This document shows positions 23,661-37,194 of a stretch of DNA of 64,000 bases, in pieces. Made by a program: the position numbers and the translations under genes. The stretch lies in NCBI GenBank assembly GCA_036785375.1, contig JAWMAR010000421.1, positions 1,178,001-1,242,000 on the forward strand. The letters are read 5' to 3'. This DNA comes from Leucoraja ocellata. Lineage: Eukaryota. Under the pieces are notes generated by a model. The model searched no databases, was not told where the DNA came from, and was given only the letters and a program-made list of their open reading frames with translations. Each line of letters opens with the position of its first letter. Positions within the stretch are counted from its first letter, which is position 1.

Positions 23661-26600
23661 TGAAGGAACTGCAGACTCTTCCACAGGACGTGTCCAATTG
23701 AATCGTCTCCACTATGAATGTCCACGATGAAGAAATTCACAGGAGTCAATGGGAACATTGTTAAAATCTTGTCTCAGTCCAATTGATAATTACTTCCAGT
23801 GAAAGAGGTCAGAATAGAGTGTCTGCGTGGTGAGTATGATGCTGGACATGGGAACGAAATGGGCTGCCAAGCTGAGCCAACAGATTGCAATTGGGACCAC
23901 GTAACTGGGTTTGTTAGCGGGTGAGCAGACATTGAGTGTGTAGGAAGGAACTGCAGATGCTGGTTTAAACCGGAGACATAAAAAGCTGGAGTAACTCAGC
24001 GGGACAGGCAGCATCTCTGGAGAGAAGGAAAGGGTTCAAGAATAAATCAAGCAGACATTGATGTTGGTTATCTTGTGCTTTCAGTGGATTTGGGTTTTTT
24101 AGTTTAAAAAAAAGTACAACATTGGGACAACTCTACGTCTCTTACATCTCTAATGTACCGATAAAAATGATATGGTTGGTTCATTGTCGAGCTGTTATAT
24201 TAACTTTCCCTTTGAACATGGAAAATCGGTTAAGTATTAAAGAACGCATTTATATATAAAAAGGAACCACAGATAATGAAGTCAGTATTTTACTTAAACT
24301 GTAATTGGAGCCTTTTGTTATCCGCTCACTCTGATTCTAACTATTCTGGGGAAGGAATGGCTTTGACATTGTGCAGCTTTCAAGTGTAATTTAATTAATG
24401 AAATGAATGAAAGTGTGTTTGAACAATGCGTCGTGCACCTTGGTTCCAAAATGCTCAGATTGATCACACCTTTCCCTCTCCTTGCTAAGACGGTCTTACT
24501 TAAACATACACATTTACATTTTAATTACAAGTGTTAAACTGTATATTTTCATGATTTCGCTTTTTTGCTAAAACAGGAATAGTGCCAAGCTAGCAATGCG
24601 GTTCCGGGTATCATGGTGCTGCGGTCCGAGGTATTCCTCCGGCTGCTGTCGGTCACCGGACCACGAGAGGCAGCAATCTTCAGTCCCGGCTTTGTCTCAG
24701 CGTCAAGTCTGGTCAGGTTACATTAAACCAGGCGAGGCGCAGACGCTGCTGTGAATGCAGCATGCTTCTTCTTAATGACAAATTATATTCAATGATCCGT
24801 TTAGTTTCTCTTCTGCAACTGTAGTGTTCTTAAATATCTGACAGAATAGCTATTTGTCGAGAATGTAAAATGGTAACTCCGCGAAAGAGGGTACGCAGAA
24901 ACACCGACAAGGCGCCTGGATTACTGTGAAAGAGTGTTTGTTCCCTCGGTGTACCATTGATTTGAGTGAGCTTTTCGTCAAAGATTCTAAACTGACGTTC
25001 CTCGTTCGTTTAGAATTCAATTTTCACCTTTCCAGAACTATTATCTGCGACAAAGATGTTCATAAGTGGTGCTGTTAATGCCTTCACATTTTGCTGCATT
25101 ACGTGTTAAATATTGAATGTAAAAGCTACAGTGCTCAAAAAAACTCAATATTGCATGCAATTGCTCCCAATTCTCTACACACTTCGAAATGGATTACATG
25201 AACAATTTTCTTTCAATTACGTTTCCAATATTATCAGGTTTCCAGCATTTAGCGTCCTTTCCCGTGTCTCTCTATCTGAGCACCGGTGCTTAGTTTAAAC
25301 AGGCATCAAATGCAGCACATCGCAACGTCCATCCCAATTCTGTTTGATCTGCTTTGTGGCTCATTCTATATATAAACCTTCTGTCTGATAGGCAACACAT
25401 CCCTCAATGCCACCATCATCCCGCCTTTAACTCCGGTCTTCGTGTGACTGTAATGGAAATAATGAATGACTAGAAACTAAGAAAGGCTTGTGGGGAGCTT
25501 GTTTTAAAGAATGAGTGCACCACTGTAGGAGAAAAAATGAACTGTCAGAGACCTGCATTTTTAACATGTAACTGTCTGATATAGTTATATCGACCTGCGA
25601 TCATGACCTCTTTCGACGGAGCAGAACGTATAATATTTACACTGACTGCTTTTAGAACAGTTATGCAGAATGCACAATAAAACATCCCACCGCAAACCCA
25701 TCATGATGATTCGGATTATACTTTCAATATTCTAACGCAACCCTTCTGTGGACTTCGAACAACTTATAACATCGTCCCTTTCACTCCATATACGAACATA
25801 AGCAAATACTCAATCAGAGTTGAGTGACTGCAAATAAAAATATTGTATTTAGCTAGCACGCCTTACGATTCAGGACGTCCCGACGCGATACTGCGCGAAG
25901 TGTAGTTGCAGGAAAACAAACTGACTAAGTTAGTAATGTAATGTTATTTATTTGCATCTCGTGGTTGAAGTCAGTGAAACGAGCCAGAAGCCTCAATTGC
26001 CTTTGTATGGCGTTTTTTCATTGACAATTATCACTTCACCAAATAAGCTAATTTCGCTGAGGTAAGGTTCAGTAGCTCAAGCTGTTCTTGCGAAGTCTTG
26101 ACGACTTAATCCAAAAATAGTTACCATAAGTAAATGGTTCTCGGATTCAAAATTGCAAATCTAATAAATGTAACTTAATATTTACAACCTCTTCGGTAGC
26201 ATTATTGATATCAAGAATGTTCAACAACAAACACAAGACAAAACCGGACATCCAATGGTACATAAAGAAAATGTGCATTTCAAACTACATAGATCATTTG
26301 TCTTTACTTTAAAGTTCGATTTTAAATTACGCATATGATTCGAAGTTCCAAGACATAGGGGATGGGATAGAAAGCACACATGGTTAGAAGTACTGTACTC
26401 ACGTTCCACTTCACGTCCTCATCACTGTTCTAAACTGGATGGAATCAGAAGAAGATCCTGATATGAACACGGTAGCTTGTCCAGGATGTATGTCAGTCCC
26501 TGGACGCTATGCCGTGGCCATTGCATTGATGCACTTATACATTCAGCATGTAGTCCCTTACACTGTACTGCAAACGCCTCAGGGAATTATTTTTCATTGA

Positions 26601-28229
26601 ACTGGTCATAGAGAATTCCTATTGGTGCTTGTTACTTGCCCATCTAGCCTGTCTCTGGTTGGATGAATGGAAAATTGTATATACTTTTTATAGGTTTCCG
26701 AAAAGTGCACTGCGTACTGAAGCTTTGGACAAGATATATGAGCAACATACCACGGAGACGGCGTGGCTTTCATTCAGTGTTTAGTAAATTCTCGGGCAGA
26801 CTACCAAACTCCCCAAATTCTGTCTCTGCGGAACTCTACTTCCCCCAAATTCGCTTTCACTCTCCTGAACATTGAGCCACAACTGTTGGAGATTGGTTGC
26901 GTTCAGATTTTTGTGTAACGATTACTTTCCAGAAGAAAATAAAGTTACATCTTAATGTATTTGCTTTAGTTTTAACAAGGACTCTGCGCGATTCTGGGTA
27001 GCCAGCGCCCCCACCCGTCAACAAAAAAATCAACACAATTAAAACATGTACTGAGAATCGTCCATCATTCCTCCACAAAGAAAGGTTAAAACTGGAGCCA
27101 TGATCTATCTTCTGGGTCAATCGAAACATTAACCCTTTCTTCTTTCCCCACGCGAAAATGATCGATGCGCCGGCATTTCAATATAAAAACATAGATCTGC
27201 CAAATAACAAAAATGCAAAATTATTTTAGAAATCTTTGCACACTAGCAGTCGAGCGACCCCAGCATATTCTACTGGCAGTGAGCTCAAGCTGACGAATTG
27301 TCTTCCGCTTGCGATTTCCCTCAATCCCAAATTCTGGAATGTAGAGAAAGGGAAGTTTGGTTCGCTCCCCTTTACCCGACTGATATTTCTAACGGGGAGA
27401 TGCAGTGAAGAAAACTGGTGGGGAAAAGACACATTTCAGAAAGGATGGTTGTTCTTTAGATAGAATAAATTGATACATTTCAATTTGTGCATTTGCAATT
27501 TGATTACATTTGGCGTTTTCAGAAAGCAAGGAATTAGAACTTTAACATTTGTAACAAACCTCCAAAATTTCCCCGGGATAGTGAATAAAATGTACTTTAA
27601 TACACGAAATACCGCCTAGTGACCACATAAACAAATCGCATATGCCAATGTGATATTTCGGTTTCTAACACATTTTACAATATCACCTTTTAATATTAGT
27701 AGCCATGTTTATCTTAAGGAGCTACTGTATTTGTAATGTCACTTTTGTATTGACCTAACAGAGTTCCAAATATACAATGCAACAGTTCTTTCATCTCAGT
27801 GTGCATTTAAAACTCCTTCATTGTGCATTGTTATCTTGAGTGTCCAACAGCAACCTAACATCCAGACGAATTGAGTGCAGTTTTGCCCAGAGAAAGTACC
27901 AATGGGAGTGTACGGGCACAAAGAGTATTGCCAGCGAGTAAAGAAAAGAAAACCAAGAGATCTCTAAGCTATATAAATGGTAACCAGGTAGTAAACTAAA
28001 AGGCGAGGCCAAGCATAGACTGAAAAGGTAACGTTTGCAAAGGTGAAGGGAACGTGGATAGAATATTAAATAAACAATGACCAGGGAGCTCGGAATCAAA
28101 ATAATCAGCAAAGAAAAACGGTTGACGTGAATAAAACCTTATTGTGGGCATATCATTTGAAACGAACTGCCTCAATGTTTGAAGATTGCAGATCCAATTG
28201 TGGTTTTCAGGAGGGGATAGTTGAAGACA

Positions 28230-28500
28230 CAAAGGAATTATAGCGGAGACTATTCTGCCCATCGGGTCTATGCCGGGTTCAGAGCAACGCCATTTCTCGC
28301 ACTACTTTCTCACTGCGACCTATTCTCTCCGCATTCCCATAAAATTCCACGCTTCCCCCTCCCAAAACAATCTGTTACCAACCCACGATGGACAATTAAT
28401 CTAGCTCACGTTTTGGGGATGTGTGGGAGAAACCCATATGCGCTAACTCCACACGGACAGCACCGGAGTTGTTGGGGGCCGTGAGGCAACCGTGCGGCTG
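28230..28500 (-). mobile_element. HE1-type SINE, degraded
   Basis: Reverse-complement V-domain gatgtgtgggagaaacc...aactccacacggacagcacc. Confidence 0.6.
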
Positions 28501-28799
28501 TACGGAGCTATGGAAATATACTAATGGAACCGACAATGTAATTTATCTATCGCTGAATGGAGACTTCGGGAAAAATCTTCTGTCCCAAAGTAACAAGTCA
28601 TCCGCCACTTCCCCCCACACACACCTTACTCTCAATTCCCCCTGGCCTCGCATATAGATCCTTTCCTTTCTCCCCCTCCTCCATCTGCTGAACTTTCCCT
28701 CCCTATTCATCCCTCTCCCTTTTTGATCCTTCAGAAATCATTTCCTTATCATATTCCAGATCACCAGCCTTGGTCAATCTATCCACCCATCCATCCATC

Positions 28800-29625
28800 A
28801 GGGAGAATGGTGTCTACTCTGCCATACAATCATGGCTGATCTATCTTTCACTCTCAATCCAATTCTCCTGTCTTCTCCCTATAAACCCTGATACCATTAC
28901 CAATCAAGAATCTGTCAATCTCCACCTTAAAAATACCCAATGACTCGGCCTCCACAGCTGCCTGTGGCAATGATTTCCACAGATTCATCGCCCTTTGACT
29001 AAAGAAATACCTCCTCACTTTACCAAAATCTTACTGAAGTCATGCTAACCGGCCTCTTTTGCATCACGTCCTTCTTGAACAGCAGAGTAACATTTGCAAT
29101 TTTCCAGTTCTCTCGAATCACTCCTGACAATAGTGATTATTAAAAGATCACCACCAATTCCTTCATAATCTCCATCATATTATGGTCACTACCTTCTTTA
29201 CCTTAAGCTCCCTAATCAAATCCAGTTTGTTACACAATACTAAATCCAGAATTGCCTTTTCCCAAGTAGGCTCTAATACAAGCTAATATGTACTCTCCAA
29301 ATTTCTTGTCTTGGAACCTAGCACAATCTGTTTTTCCCAGTCTCCCTGCAAATTGAAATCCCCCATGACCACTGTAATATTGCCATTCTTACATGCCAAT
29401 TGTATCTCCTGATGTAATTTGTTCTCCACATCCAGGCTACATTTCAGGCATGCATATAATTCCCATCAGGGTCTTTTTACCCTTGCGATTTCTTAGCTCT
29501 ACCCACAAGGATTCTACATCTTCTGATTCTATGTGACCCCTCCTAAACACTGAATTTCATTCCTTACCAGCAGAGTTACCCCACCCCTTCTGCCCACCTC
29601 TCTGTCTTTTCGGTTGGATTTGTCG
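28800..29625 (-). mobile_element. CR1 fragments (3' tail plus endonuclease-region pieces)
   Basis: CR1 tail motif catggctgatctatct; minus-strand VMGDFN motif near 29350-29375. Confidence 0.7.
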
Positions 29626-31319
29626 CCACTACCAGTAACTTGTTCGACCTGCAACTTGTTCTTTTGCTCCAAATTTCAGCATCTGCAGTCTCCACAGTAA
29701 TTTGGGGGACAGACAGGAAGGGATTCGACAAACAATTTGAAGAGGTAGAATTTTAAAACTGAAAGTTTTGTTGGTCAGTGACATAGGAGAAGTACAGAAA
29801 GAGGGTGGGAAGTGGGTGAACTGGACAGTACTAGTTAGGCAAGGAAAAGACAGGCACCAAAAAGGGAGATTAATAGGTAGCCTGGTAATAGAACAGATAC
29901 CTGGTTGCAAACTCGACTGCAATCAAATAATTCATCTGTGATGAACAATGATCTGCACCAGTAACAACAATATTAGGCCAGTCTGCGAGTAAAAATCCTT
30001 CTTCCACATGCATTCATATTCTTACTCTCATTATCTCAAGACATGAATTTGGAAAATATTTTTTTCTGTACTTTTGTTCATATAATTTCCAATTTATGAT
30101 GATTGTTATTGAATTAACATTGAATTCTGTAACAAGAAACAATGGCAGTTTATATTTTTTTGTAATGACTGGATGTAAGACAAACTTCAAATTATTGAGT
30201 TGTGCCAACACATGTGAAAATGATTGCATAGTGGGGCAAAATGCATCTTGAGGAATAGCCCTCATATTGTGCCTGGGTACAACCCAACAGTGTGAACATT
30301 AACATTTCCAATTTCTGGTAATCCCCTGCCCCCTTATCCATTTCTCTCTGTTTTTGATTTACTCAAGAAGGTAGGAGACAGAGAGTTTGGTAGAATTGCT
30401 TCACAGACGGGAGATTTGTAACAAGTGGTGTGCCACATGGATTGGTGCTGAGGCCTCTGTTGTCTGCTATTTATGTTCCTCCTGCGTATTTTACAACCCA
30501 ATCTGCACATCAAAGACCACCCTCCCCCTTACCTGCCATACTTTGTCCAGTCATTCCTCTCTGCCAGCTTTCTCCCCCACCCCCAGTGAGTCTGAAAAAG
30601 GGTTCTAACCCGATACATCACCCATCCATGTTCGACAGGGATGCTGCCTGACCGCTGAGTCGCTCCAGCACTTTGTGTCTTTTAAGGTTGAAGATTAAAT
30701 GTGAAAGGGAATTTAGGAGCAGCAAGGGGTGCTGCATGTATAAAACAGGCTGTCCAGAAGAAGAGATGATACAATTACAACATTCAAAAGACGCTTGGAC
30801 ACGTAGATGAATAGTAAACGTTTCAAACTGATTTTGGGACTAACGTTTGGTCAGCACAACGAGTTGGACCAAAGGGCCTGCTTCAATGCTCTTGAGCCCA
30901 TCTGTCCACTGCCCATCTTCCAACCATGCCGTTTCCATCTGTCCCCCGTTCTTTCCCCAGTTAGTCTCTGTGATGTCTTACTTTCTTATCGGATTCCATC
31001 ATCAACAGTCCTTTGTGGCCTCCAACTATCTCCTTCAGCCTTGATTATTATCTCAACGCCTCCATCTCCTAACCTGACCGATTTGCCTACCAACCCCTCC
31101 TCACCTGGGTCCACCTGTCACTTGACAGCCCTTGCCTCCCCCATCCTTCTTGTACTGGCTATCTCCCCGCCTTCAGTGCAGATGAAAGGTGTTGATCCGA
31201 AACCTCGCCTCTCCATGTCTCTCCACCCCATTGTTTTTTGTTGTTGTTCCTTTTAGACCAAAGCAAAGATCCTATAGCAAACCAAAGATCCAAAAGGATC
31301 TTCATTTTAGACTGCACCG

Positions 31320-31518
31320 CTTGCCCCGCAGTGCGAAATTGTATTTCCGGGTAATGCAGGCAAATATTTCCGGGTGAGATGGGCAGAAAATGGGCGCCAA
31401 GAAGGAGGGAGGAGATTGTCCGAGTTATTTACGTCCGGAAAGCGTGGTTTCCTCAGCCCTTGGCGGGTAGTCGAGTTTGAATAGGCACCGACCTCGGGAT
31501 ATATTTTTCAACGGCACA
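31320..31518 (+). promoter_or_regulatory. DIS3L: DIS3L CpG-rich, TATA-less promoter/5' UTR with ETS-type sites
   Basis: TATTTCCGGGT repeated at 31342-31352 and 31365-31375, CCGGAAA at 31435-31441; CpG-rich directly upstream of the ATG. Confidence 0.65.
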
Positions 31519-31648
31519 ATGATAAAAACGGAGAAGGTGCTGCATCTGAGGAGCTGTAAGGGGAGGTCTGTGCGTGTTGTGAGGGAGCATTACCTGCGGG
31601 AGTCGGTGCCATGCAACAGCTGTTTGTGCGAGGCTCAGTGCCACAACG
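31519..31648 (+). CDS. DIS3L: DIS3L coding exon 1 ([43 protein letters not shown]; CR3 Cys motif)
   Basis: Translation matches the DIS3-family N-terminus (VREHYLR, Cys cluster). ATG has A at -3; donor G|GTAAAG. Confidence 0.95.
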
Positions 31649-31859
31649 GTAAAGCACGGGGACGGGGGGGATTCAGCCGAAACGTAAATGCTCGCGGCAA
31701 GTGTTGAACTCAAAGACTACGTAAAAACAAAAAGCTGCTTATGCTGGAAATTGAAATAAAAACTGAAAATATTCAGCAGTGTGGCAGCATCTGCTGAGAA
31801 AATGATGATTATTTAACCTGAACTCAAATACCGTTCTTGTGTCTTTCAGGTGACCCCAA

Positions 31860-32150
31860 AGAGTTTTATAAGTACTAAAGTGCTTTCATGCAATTACCGT
31901 TTTAATATTACAAGTGCAAAACAATCATGATCCCACGAAGCACAATGCATTGAGGATCAGTTAGGTTGTTTTGGTGATGGTGTTTGAGGAATAAATGTTA
32001 GTTGCTGGTGCTTATTCTTTAAGTACCATTGCGGAATCTTTTCTATCCAAGAGATCGACTGGGACCACGTAAAACATAGCACCCCTCTGTACTCTCACAA
32101 TCCTATTGTAGAATGTGATCATAATCTCAATGGTTTATGTCATGACTTAG
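31860..32150 (-). mobile_element. Old Deu-domain SINE (SacSINE/AmnSINE-like) remnant in DIS3L intron 1
   Basis: Degenerate similarity to the Deu core and tail as recalled. Confidence 0.4.
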
Positions 32151-32412
32151 AGGTTACTGCTGCCATGGCTGACACAATATTAACTTAAAAAACATGTAAA
32201 AATTGACTGATTAAAACATTTCTAATAAGGAAACAATATGCATTTGCAGCGTATCTACAAAGAAGCTGTTTAACTGATCTATCTGGCAAATGTAAGATTA
32301 ATGCCCCATTTGAAAATCAGTTATTTTACTCTGCAGCTAACCTGTTGGTTAGTGTAGTTTTTATTTTTTTTAATTTGCTTACACTTTGTTCTATATTAAC
32401 TTAATGTTTCAG

Positions 32413-32566
32413 AAGGGAAATTGCTGTCACAAAGTGCAACACATTATGTGATACCTGACTGGAAAGTGGTGCAAGATTATCTGGAGATACTTGAGTTTCC
32501 GGAGTTAAGAGGGATTGTCTTCATGCAGACAGCCTGTCAGGCTGTCCAACACCAGAAGGGACGCAG
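32413..32566 (+). CDS. DIS3L: DIS3L exon 2 ([50 protein letters not shown]; PIN domain)
   Basis: ttcAG acceptor, AG|GTTAGT donor, 154 nt, phase-compatible with exons 1 and 3; near-identical to human DIS3L as recalled. Confidence 0.96.
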
Positions 32567-33039
32567 GTTAGTGCAGGTTCTTTTTCTTTAGATTGTATGA
32601 TGGTTCTAAAAATTACATAAAATGTAGGATAGTCGGTGCTTGGAAATAAGTAGCTCAGACTAACTGACCTCCACTTTGCATCTATAACAGCAAAGCAATG
32701 TACACACTATTTTTAGTTTAAGTATTTAATTAATTTGGATTCCAGTATTCACGTTTATGTACAACTCATCGCCAATTTAATAAAGAAAAACAAGTTGGCA
32801 GTTGGAGAGATTAAGAGGGCGGCAAAAATGACCTAGAAAAAAGATGTTAAAAGGTTGAAGCAAAGCAAGCATTTACAGAAAAAATATTATTGTTGAGATC
32901 GGGCAACAAAGTCAGGGGAGCAGGGAGAAGAGAAAGGACGTGAATTGAATAAAGAATTTTAGCTTACAAGTGGTATGTTACAGAGATGAGAAGCAAAGAA
33001 ATAGTTGGTTATTTGAACAGAAGGTTGGGTGTCATGCCA

Positions 33040-33360
33040 TGCGCAGTAGAATGACACAGCAGTGGAACTGCTGCCTCAAAACTCTGAAGGACTGGGTTTG
33101 ATTCTGAACCCTGGTGCTGCCTGTGTGGAACTTGAATGTTTTCCCTGTAACACATGGTTTTTCTCGAGGTGGTTTCGTTTCTCCCACATCCCAAAGATAT
33201 GGAAGTTGAAAGATTAATTGGCCACTGTAAATTGCACAGGTGTAAGAGTGTAATGGAATGGGGGGTAGTTTATGGGAACAGATTACACAAATAAATATTG
33301 GGAAGAATCAGATTGCTCTGGAGCTGTTATGAGCCAAATGGCTTCTTTCTACATGGTGTT
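33040..33360 (+). mobile_element. HE1-type SINE
   Basis: ctgctgcctca head, ggtttcgtttctcccacatcccaaaga core. Confidence 0.7.
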
Positions 33361-33779
33361 GAAAAATGGAAATAAATGTGACATTTCTGAAGTGAGAGAT
33401 GGAGAGAGCAGTTAATGTAGATGGACAAGGAACAGAGTAACGATGTAGTTATGGGTTATAACATTTTTTGAGAAAGAAATTATGGAGAGTAGAGAATGTG
33501 AGTTTACGTGTTAGATAACTGTTTAGAGGCGGGAGAGTAAGGATGAGTATTTTGCATTGGTACATGGAAGATGGGATACAGTGTTACAGAGCTGAAAGTA
33601 AATAAGGGAATGGGTTCAATTACAATGCCAGGTTTTATTATGTCTGTTAAGTATGCAGGCAGGAGTGGATACATACTGTAAATGGAATGCTTATGTACCA
33701 ATTAGGATCAGGAGAAGTTCCTGAAACTACTGAGGCATATAGTAAGATTACAGTTTTTTATTGTAGTCTGAACTATGCG

Positions 33780-36700
33780 TTCCCATGCATGTTTTATAAC
33801 CATTCGCCCATGCTTATCAAGAATCTGTTTACTGCCATCTTAAAAATGTTCTAAGACTTTGCTTTTACCACTCTCTGAGGAAGAGAGTTCCAAAACTCAT
33901 GTCTTCAGAAAAATAAATTTAACCACCTGTCCTGAGAAGGTAACCCCTCATTATTAAACCGTAACTGCTGGTTCTAAATTCATATTTAAGAGGATACTAG
34001 ACCAAGGGGGACCCGTGGGTCCCGTCCCCTCAACGCGCGGTTTGCGGGGGGGCCTGCGGCATCACACACACACATACCAACCCCCAAACACACAGGGGGG
34101 GTAGCGGGTAGACGGGGGTAGAGGGAGGGGGAGATGGAGAGGGAGGGAGAGGGGGAGGTGGAGAGAGAGAGAGAGGAGGGAAAGGGGGAGAGAGGAGGGG
34201 AATGGGGGGAGAGGTGGGAAGGGAGGGGGTGTAGGGGAGGGGGGTTGGAGGAGGGGAAGGGGGTTGGAGGAAGGAGAGCGGGGTTGGAGGAGGGGGAGGG
34301 GAGGGAGAGAGAGGAGGGGAGAGGGAAGGGAGAGGGGGAGGGAGAGAGAGAGTAGAGGGGAGGGAGAGGGGAGAGAGGTGGGGGATGGAGAGAGGGGAGA
34401 AGAGGAGGGGATGAGAAGAGGGGAGGAGAGAAGCTATGCGGGGGGCAGTTAAGGGTGGTGGGCGGAGCAGGGTGCTACGACCGGCTGCAGGGCTTTGACG
34501 CCCGTTCTCGTTCTCTGTCTCGGGAAGGGGTAGAGATGGAGGGGGGGGGGGGTAGAGGCAGCAGCTTCGGACTGTGAAAAACAGCAGAGGGCCGGCAGCG
34601 CACTCGCCAGCATGACAGACGATCGGACGAGGAGAGGGAGAGGATTCAAAGCAAGCCGGTAACCTACGGTGACCTTTGGATCTGCAGAACTTGCTCGTTC
34701 TTTCTGCAATAAGGACCGCCGCTGCCATGTTGTTGGACTTCTAGAAGCCCAGCGGAACGCGCTGGACGACTTGATCACGTATTCACGGGCTTCAATCCAC
34801 CTAACTGGCTGCGCATTGAAAAGTCTGTGCAACTGGTTGCGAGGAGTAAAGGCATTGTGACGTCATGCAGTAGTTATATTTTAAACAATTTTAGTAAAAA
34901 AACTCAGGAAATAATTAACCAAATTTTCAGATGAGGAGATTTTTGAGTTCATGCGGTAAATGGCGACCGGAAAATGTAAAAATGTCTCCGTTACCGCATC
35001 GGGTTTTGGAGGAGATGTGACTGACAAGAAACAAACAAACGCACAAAGAGAGTTTTATATAATAATGATATGATGCATTTTTGCAGCTGCCCTTTCAAAA
35101 CCCTTAGGGTCTTGTTTGTTTCCATTCTCCCTCCCTCTTCTCAATTCCAGGATATTAAGGCTCAGCCAGTCCAACCGTTCCTCAGAAGACTTGCCTGTTA
35201 AATAAGGAGAAAATGGTATTCTAAATATTGGCTCAGTGTTGCACTGCATAACAAGTGCAATTTCCCTCTTTTGTAATAAATTCTTGTTCAACAAATGACA
35301 ACAAACGTTCTATTAGCTTTTCAAATTACTCACTATATCATGCACTTGGGATACCAACATCCGTTCTATACAATCTTTCACCATTTAGGCAATAAGCTTT
35401 TTATTTTTTCTGCCAAAATGAAAATCTCAAATTTTCCCACATGATAATCAAGATTTTTGCAATTGGATTAACCTATTATCCCCTCGTAACCACGTCGTCT
35501 CCCCCTCAAATTTACTTTCCCACCTTTCCTTGCGTCATTAACAAATTTAGCATTATACATCTTTACTGTTTATATACATCATAAATGTTGAGGCCCTGCT
35601 ACTGAACCTGGTAGCACATTACCTTGATGCCCAGAAAAATGGTTATTAATGCTTATTTTGGTTTGTATTCGCCTTTCAACTTTCAATTTTATGTCCAGGC
35701 AAATGCACAGTGAGCTTTAATGGTTCCTCATTAACCTTTGATGTGGCACCTTATTAAACAACCTGAAAATCTAGGTAGAGTACATTTCTTTACTTCTTCT
35801 TAGAACTCCAGTATATAGGTCAAACATGATTCCCTGTCTTAAGCCATGATGGCTTTGCCTATTACCTCGATATTTTTTCAAAATACTCTGATGTAACATC
35901 TTTGATTAAAGCTTCTACCATTTTTCCTATGACAAATGTTAACCAAGTTTTCTACGCAATCTATGGTATTTTGTAAAAACCAGCAGGAAGAAGCTGACCA
36001 AGACCTGGAGACTTGTCAGCCTGCAGCTCATTGCTACTAAGTTCTGAAGATTTTAATTTTCTGAGTTACCCTCCCTTTAATTTCTGATTAATGGAGAATA
36101 CATACAGAAAGTGAAAACTGATCTAAATGCCTGTTTCGTTCTTCTGCCATTCATTGTTTTTTATTATTAATTCTCCGTTTCTGCAAGAACAACATCCTAT
36201 TTTCTTTTTTATTCTTTTAAAAATCTACAGAAACTATAATTTTTGGATTTCTGGCTAGCTTCATCTTACACTCTCATTATACTCTAATTTTATTTGTAAT
36301 CTCGTAATTTTAATTTAATTTATATTTCTTTCTCTTTAAGTTTGATCCTACCTTTAACTATTTTGTCAACCACAGACAGTGGTCCTTTCCGTGGAATATT
36401 TTTTTCATATTCTATGCATTCTCATAAATCCTCTTAAACGTTATGACTGATTCTTTGAACTGATTTGCTAGTTCATCTTGAGTAACTCTGCTTTTGTGCC
36501 CTTTTTTAAGTTTAAACTGTTGATCATGGACCCATTTATTTCCCCTTCAGACTGAATGCAAAATGCAAACATTTTATGATTTTTGTCTTCACCATGAGCT
36601 TTAATGAATCCTCATTATACAATATCACGCCTCATATAGCTGCTCTTCAGTTGTCTCCAGAATGCACTGTTTTAAGAAACTATCCCAAACTATTCTGAGT

Positions 36701-37190
36701 GCTTGTCATCCAGTCTACATCTGCCCACCTGAAGTTTCTGATCTACATGTAGATCAAAATCCACTGCAATTATAACCGCACTTGCCTGATTGGTTCTCAA
36801 TATTTCTTCTTCTGCACCCTGTCCCACTGTGTAGTCACTGTTAGAGGACCTCTACATCTTTCCGAAATGACTTTTTCTCTTCATTATTACTCGTATCAAA
36901 CCAAACCGTATCTACAACTTGGTTTCCTGATCTTAGAACACCCCTCTTGCTGAAAGAATATCATTAATTAACAGAGCCACACTCCACTTTTCTCGGCTTA
37001 CCATCCTTCTTAGATCTTGTGTACTTGCTGATATTTCAGTCCGAATTTATATCCTCCTGCAGCTATTTCAGTAATAACAATCAGCTCGTTTATTTCTTTT
37101 CATTTTCTTAGCTGAACTGCTTTGTTTTGAATATTATGTGCATTTAGTTACAGAGCCTTTAGTTTTACCCTTTTTATTACTTTTCTTATC
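33780..37190 (-). mobile_element. Long degraded CR1 LINE interrupted by the Helitron
   Basis: CR1 tail near 33790, RT remnants 35100-35950, endonuclease remnants 36600-37100. Confidence 0.6.
33997..35068 (-). mobile_element. Non-autonomous Helitron
   Basis: Minus strand: A|TC ATTATTATATAAAA start (35068, alternatively 35073), microsatellite and purine tract inside, GGGACCC-AC-GGGTCCC hairpin (34008-34023) 11 nt from the CTAG|T end; no TSD. Confidence 0.8.
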
Positions 37191-37194
37191 TAGA

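Noticed and set aside
24658-24676. CTCF-like site CCACGAGAGGCAGCA
   Set aside because: One G short of the core spacing; cannot be supported without a PWM score or ChIP data.
26340-26430. Minus-strand GTGATGA as a C/D snoRNA C box
   Set aside because: No suitably placed CTGA D box or terminal stem was found.
26439-26600. 53-aa small ORF MESEEDPDMNTVACPGCMSVPG... on +
   Set aside because: Poor Kozak context, no recognisable homology, and a length expected by chance.
1-31300. Coding exons of MEGF11, TIPIN or RAB11A
   Set aside because: No EMI/EGF Cys patterns or other recognisable peptides were found, so no gene symbol was assigned.
31477-31518. N-terminal extension of DIS3L from the ORF-track start
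   Set aside because: That start is TTG; the ATG at 31519 has a good context and matches the orthologous start.
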